From contig CBDFJQ010000002.1 in assembly GCA_965248575.1 (NCBI GenBank), forward strand, positions 5,223,174 to 5,287,173: a stretch of DNA of 64,000 nucleotides, written 5' to 3'. Source of the stretch: Planctomycetota bacterium. Its GTDB lineage: Bacteria; Planctomycetota; B15-G4. The first letter of the stretch is position 1. Every line of letters starts with the position of its first letter. The notes below the pieces were generated by a model. That model ran no database searches, was not told where the DNA came from, and saw nothing but the letters and a program-made list of their open reading frames with translations. Of this stretch, positions 60,394-64,000 are shown piece by piece. A program made the translations under genes and the position numbers.

Positions 60394-63137
60394 CCGACGT
60401 TCCTTCCCTCGTCTTGCGCAGGTCTCGACGTGCCCCGAGAGTGCCAGCTCTCTGTTTGGCGTGGCTCTCGCTGTGGGTGTTGGTCTGCTCACCTTCTCAA
60501 TCCCATGCGGCTTGGGGACAGGAGAGCAATTCGCTGAGCAGGGCCGCGCGCTTGGCGCAGGGGAATGCGCGCGGCACGGAGGGTGCGTCAACGGAAGATG
60601 TGCAGGGCGAAGACGTGTCTCCGCAAGTCGCGGCCTCACGCGAGGCGTTGATGTCCGGGGAGGAGGAGGTTCCCGTCCTGGCGATCCACGCGACCCGGCT
60701 GTTGGACGCCGGTGATGTGTTGACGCTGGCCAAGGTGTTGTCGGGCTCGCGGCGCCCGGCGACCCTGGGCATCCTCCAAGCGCTGCAGACGACGACGTCT
60801 GTTTCGCTCCTGCCCGAGACCATCGTGCTGGCCTCCACGTCGAAGGATGCGGAGGTGTCTCGGCTCGCCATGGACAACCTGGTGCGCCTGGCTCGTGAGA
60901 ATGAGGATGTCACCGAGCGTTTGATCCTGCGCATCGAGGCCGCCGACCTGCCCCTTGCGGCACAGCGAACCATGGTCCGGGTGTTGGGCCGCTCCAGGAA
61001 CCTGGGCGCAGTGGATGCACTCATCACCCTGATCGGTGGGCCGTTGAGTGGGGCGGGGCGCGAGGGGCTCGAGGAACTGACAGGGCATTCGTTCGGCGAG
61101 GATGCCAAGGCATGGAGTGACTTCTGGGAACGCTCGCGGACCGTGGCGCGTGACGTGCTCTTGGAACGCAGCCTTGCGGCTGAGAAGCGAAGTCGACGTC
61201 AGTTGGAACAGCACATGCGCCAGGAGGTGGTGCAGGCTCGCATCCGCCTGATGGGCATGGATGTCGATCTGCTCGTCGCTGGGCTCAGCGATGACTATCC
61301 CGCGGTGCGCCTGGCCTCGGCTCGACAGCTCGGGAGCCACCCCAATGGGGAGCAGGCGGCCACCTCGATACCCGTCATGATCGAACGACTCGGGTACGGC
61401 TCGGCCGCTTCCGCCGGATTGGGTGCTGAATCGGCACGGATCGTCGACCCGGGTGTGCCTACCGAGAACGGGCAGGGCACGTCCGATGGCGAATCGCACG
61501 GCAGCGCAGAGAACGGCGCTGTCCCGGACCACCAGAACGGCGCCGATGTCGACAAGAAGGAACGGGACCCCGAAGTGCGTTCTGCGCTGGTCGCTGCGCT
61601 CGGGATCCTCGGCCGTGGTCAGCAGGTGGTGCAGGACGTGCTCCTGGCCGAATTGCATTCGGGAGATGCCCAGACGGCAGCCGTCGCGGCGACCGCCTTC
61701 GAACGCCTGCGCGGGCATCCCGAGGTGGTGCTTCCGTTGCTGCAGTTCCTGGAGCGCTCGCCTCCTGAGGAGGGGACCCTCGTCACCGTGCTGCGTGTCG
61801 TGGGAAACAACCAGCCGGCTGGTGTGCTGCAGCGCCTTGCTGAGTGGCTGAACACCGACTACTCGCCCACCGTTCGCGCGGCTGCTGTCGCTGCCGTCAT
61901 GGCGTCGGCTGACCTGGCCTCCGCCCTGGACGCCGTCGCCGACGTGGCAGCGAACGAAGACGTGCGCGACGTGCGCTACGCCCTGGCGAAGTCCCTTGGC
62001 GATCGCGTCCGGGACCTGCATGTGGACGATGCTGCGCGCCCCGCGGTGCTAGAGCTTCTTGCCCGCCTGTTGGACGATGTGGACTCATCAGTGCGGGCCG
62101 AGGCAGCCAGTTCAGTGGGCGACGCCGGAGGCCCCGAGGCCTTTTCGATCCTGGATGCGCGCTCTCGGGCTGAGGTCGACGTGAGCGTCATGATGCGCAT
62201 CGTGCACGCCTTGGGTGAGCTGGGCGATCGCAGTGGAGTGGGTGTCATCGGCCGTGTGTGCGGATCGTGGACCGGGGAGGGCAGCGTGGAGCTCACGGAT
62301 TCCGCGCGCCGAGCCCTCCTGGCCCTGGGAGAGGGTGTGCCGGCGGACGGATGGTTGGCCATGGCTGGCACGCTGCAGGACGTGGGGGACGCCAAGTCCG
62401 CGGCCTGGGCCCTGCGCGAGATCCTGCTACGCCACGAAGGGGATGCGGGCTCGCGCGAGGTGGTCTCCATGGCCCGCGGGCATCTTGCTGAGGTGCTCTG
62501 CCTGAATGGTCAACCGGATGAGGCGTATCAGATCCTCGTGGAATTGCACGAGGCAGGGGCGCCCTACCCCGGTTTGCGATTGCGCCTGTCCTTGCTGGCG
62601 CGAAGCAGTGAGGAGTTGGGGCTGTTCGACCAGGCCGCCAACTACTTCCTGGAAAGCTTGGAAGAGCTGGCTGTCGGCGACGCGACACGCGCGGAAACCC
62701 AGCACGGTGCCGTGCGCACCCTCATGTCCGCTGGCCGTCATGGAGAAGCTCTGCCCTTGCTTCAGGAGCTTCATGCGCAGGACGCCGGGGACAACGACAC
62801 GATGTATCGCCTGGCTCGTGCCCAGGCAGCGCTGGGGATGGACCGGGCAGCGGTCGAGCTCTTGCAGCGCTTGCTGCCGCGCATTCCGTTCGATGAGGAC
62901 GCCACGCGGCAGGAGGTCGAGGTCTTGTTGGCAGAGCTGGCTCCCGAGCTGGCGCCGTCAGCGCTGGAGGCAGAGCAGGCGGAGGAAATACCTTCCGCTG
63001 CCGAGCCTGCTGATGCTGACGCGGGCACCGACGAGCCCGTAACGCCGTCCCCGGCGACTCCGCCGGCGACTCCAGAAGATGACTCGCTACCGGCGTCCGG
63101 CGAGGACGAGGAAGACGATGGAGTGGGTCAGAGATGA
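60390..63137 (+). CDS. Exported HEAT-repeat + TPR protein
   Basis: Signal-like N-terminus (SHA-AW). HEAT motifs (D.PAVRLASARQLG, DPEVRSALVAALG, DSSVRAEAASSVG), LTG..FG.D..AW..FW, C-terminal TPRs and acidic tail. ATGA overlaps at both ends. Confidence 0.8.
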   Translation: MTDVPSLVLRRSRRAPRVPALCLAWLSLWVLVCSPSQSHAAWGQESNSLSRAARLAQGNARGTEGASTEDVQGEDVSPQVAASREALMSGEEEVPVLAIHATRLLDAGDVLTLAKVLSGSRRPATLGILQALQTTTSVSLLPETIVLASTSKDAEVSRLAMDNLVRLARENEDVTERLILRIEAADLPLAAQRTMVRVLGRSRNLGAVDALITLIGGPLSGAGREGLEELTGHSFGEDAKAWSDFWERSRTVARDVLLERSLAAEKRSRRQLEQHMRQEVVQARIRLMGMDVDLLVAGLSDDYPAVRLASARQLGSHPNGEQAATSIPVMIERLGYGSAASAGLGAESARIVDPGVPTENGQGTSDGESHGSAENGAVPDHQNGADVDKKERDPEVRSALVAALGILGRGQQVVQDVLLAELHSGDAQTAAVAATAFERLRGHPEVVLPLLQFLERSPPEEGTLVTVLRVVGNNQPAGVLQRLAEWLNTDYSPTVRAAAVAAVMASADLASALDAVADVAANEDVRDVRYALAKSLGDRVRDLHVDDAARPAVLELLARLLDDVDSSVRAEAASSVGDAGGPEAFSILDARSRAEVDVSVMMRIVHALGELGDRSGVGVIGRVCGSWTGEGSVELTDSARRALLALGEGVPADGWLAMAGTLQDVGDAKSAAWALREILLRHEGDAGSREVVSMARGHLAEVLCLNGQPDEAYQILVELHEAGAPYPGLRLRLSLLARSSEELGLFDQAANYFLESLEELAVGDATRAETQHGAVRTLMSAGRHGEALPLLQELHAQDAGDNDTMYRLARAQAALGMDRAAVELLQRLLPRIPFDEDATRQEVEVLLAELAPELAPSALEAEQAEEIPSAAEPADADAGTDEPVTPSPATPPATPEDDSLPASGEDEEDDGVGQR

Positions 63138-64000
63138 AGATCGTCATTGCGGGCGCCGGCGCCGTGGGATTCCACCTCGCCAGGGAACTGGGAGTCGAGG
63201 GGCACCACATCGCCATCATTGATGTGGATGCCGAGAAGCTCGAGTACCTGCGTGACCGTCTCGATGTGCTTACGGTGCAGGGCGGGGCCACGCGCCGCAG
63301 TTCACTGGAAGCTGCTGGAACCCCAGAGGCCGACCTGTTCATCGCCGTGTCCAACCAGGACGAGGTGAACATGTTGGCGTGCGCGGCAGCGCACAGCTTG
63401 GGCGTCCGCCGGACCTTGGCGCGCGTCCGCAACCCCGACTTCGTCTCCAAGACGCCCATGGTGGACCCGGTCAAGTTGGGCATCACACGCTTCATCAACC
63501 CCGATGAGATCGCGGTCGATTCCATCGTGGCGCTGGTGGATGCGCCCGGTTCCATCGACGTGGGCGACTTCGCGGGGGGGCGCATCTTCCTGCGCTCCTT
63601 CGATCTGGATGAGGCCTCGGTGCTGTGTGGGCGCCCGCTCCATCGCCTCAAGGAGGACTACTCGGGGCAGGAGTTCCTGGTGGCCTCGATCCAGCGCGGT
63701 GGCCAACACATCGTGCCCAAGGGTGACGATCAGATGGAGCCCGGGGATCGGGTCTTCATGTTGATGACGGAGCACTCGCTGCCCACCTTCCGCAAGGTGG
63801 TGTCGGGCACGGACCGCGTCCAACGGGTGGTGGTCTATGGTGCGGAACGGCTGGGGATCGCCGTGGCGCAGCGCCTCCAGGCCCGCACCAACGTGGTGCT
63901 CATCGACGAGGACAGGAAGCGCTGTGAGCAGGCTGCCGGCGAGCTCACGGACACCCTGGTGCTGAATGGCTCGCCCAACGATTCCGACATCCAGGGGCAA
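63134..64000 (+). CDS. trkA: Trk system potassium uptake protein TrkA, 3'-truncated by the window edge
   Basis: MKIVIAGAGAVGFHLA.EL..EGH.I.IID, DLFIAVSNQDEVNMLAC, ARVRNP, INPD, second RCK domain beginning VVVYGA. Not listed in the ORF track because it has no stop in the window. Confidence 0.93.
   Translation, partial: MKIVIAGAGAVGFHLARELGVEGHHIAIIDVDAEKLEYLRDRLDVLTVQGGATRRSSLEAAGTPEADLFIAVSNQDEVNMLACAAAHSLGVRRTLARVRNPDFVSKTPMVDPVKLGITRFINPDEIAVDSIVALVDAPGSIDVGDFAGGRIFLRSFDLDEASVLCGRPLHRLKEDYSGQEFLVASIQRGGQHIVPKGDDQMEPGDRVFMLMTEHSLPTFRKVVSGTDRVQRVVVYGAERLGIAVAQRLQARTNVVLIDEDRKRCEQAAGELTDTLVLNGSPNDSDIQGQ

Overview
GC-rich, densely coding bacterial chromosomal segment with no visible mobile element, prophage or CRISPR array. 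The gene content points to a PVC-superphylum organism, probably Planctomycetota. This is an inference from the aroD-aroE fusion, the zinc-knuckle SpoVG, the short-NTD NusA and the MoxR/BatA/propeller cluster. Layout from start to end: (i) the 3' end of a Wzx-like flippase and an aromatic-repeat lipoprotein; (ii) a minus-strand housekeeping run, psd-pssA-folK-panC-panD-ispE-spoVG-panG-like-aroDE-membrane protein-degenerate spermidine-synthase-like protein; (iii) a MORN-type lipoprotein, eno and an FtsB-like ORF; (iv) a ~21 kb co-oriented, largely translationally coupled 11-gene cluster at 15554-36412. It encodes a MoxR AAA+ ATPase, DUF58, two membrane VWA proteins, two paralogous TPR/PQQ-like beta-propeller proteins, two paralogous exported prenyltransferase-like alpha/alpha-barrel proteins and three helical/coiled-coil proteins. 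This is the best candidate for an uncharacterised trans-envelope machine; (v) a minus-strand hps-rraA fusion, thiS, thiG and a GalT-like gene; (vi) a rimP-type leader followed by nusA-infB-rbfA (no rimP) and an atypical sulfatase; (vii) cysS, an ABC-2 exporter cassette, speB, tRNA-Gln(CTG), two hydrolases, an NAD-dependent epimerase, a carboxypeptidase-regulatory-repeat protein, tRNA-Glu(CTC), aroK, a HEAT/TPR protein and the 5' part of trkA. All calls come from reading motifs by eye; no database searches were run.
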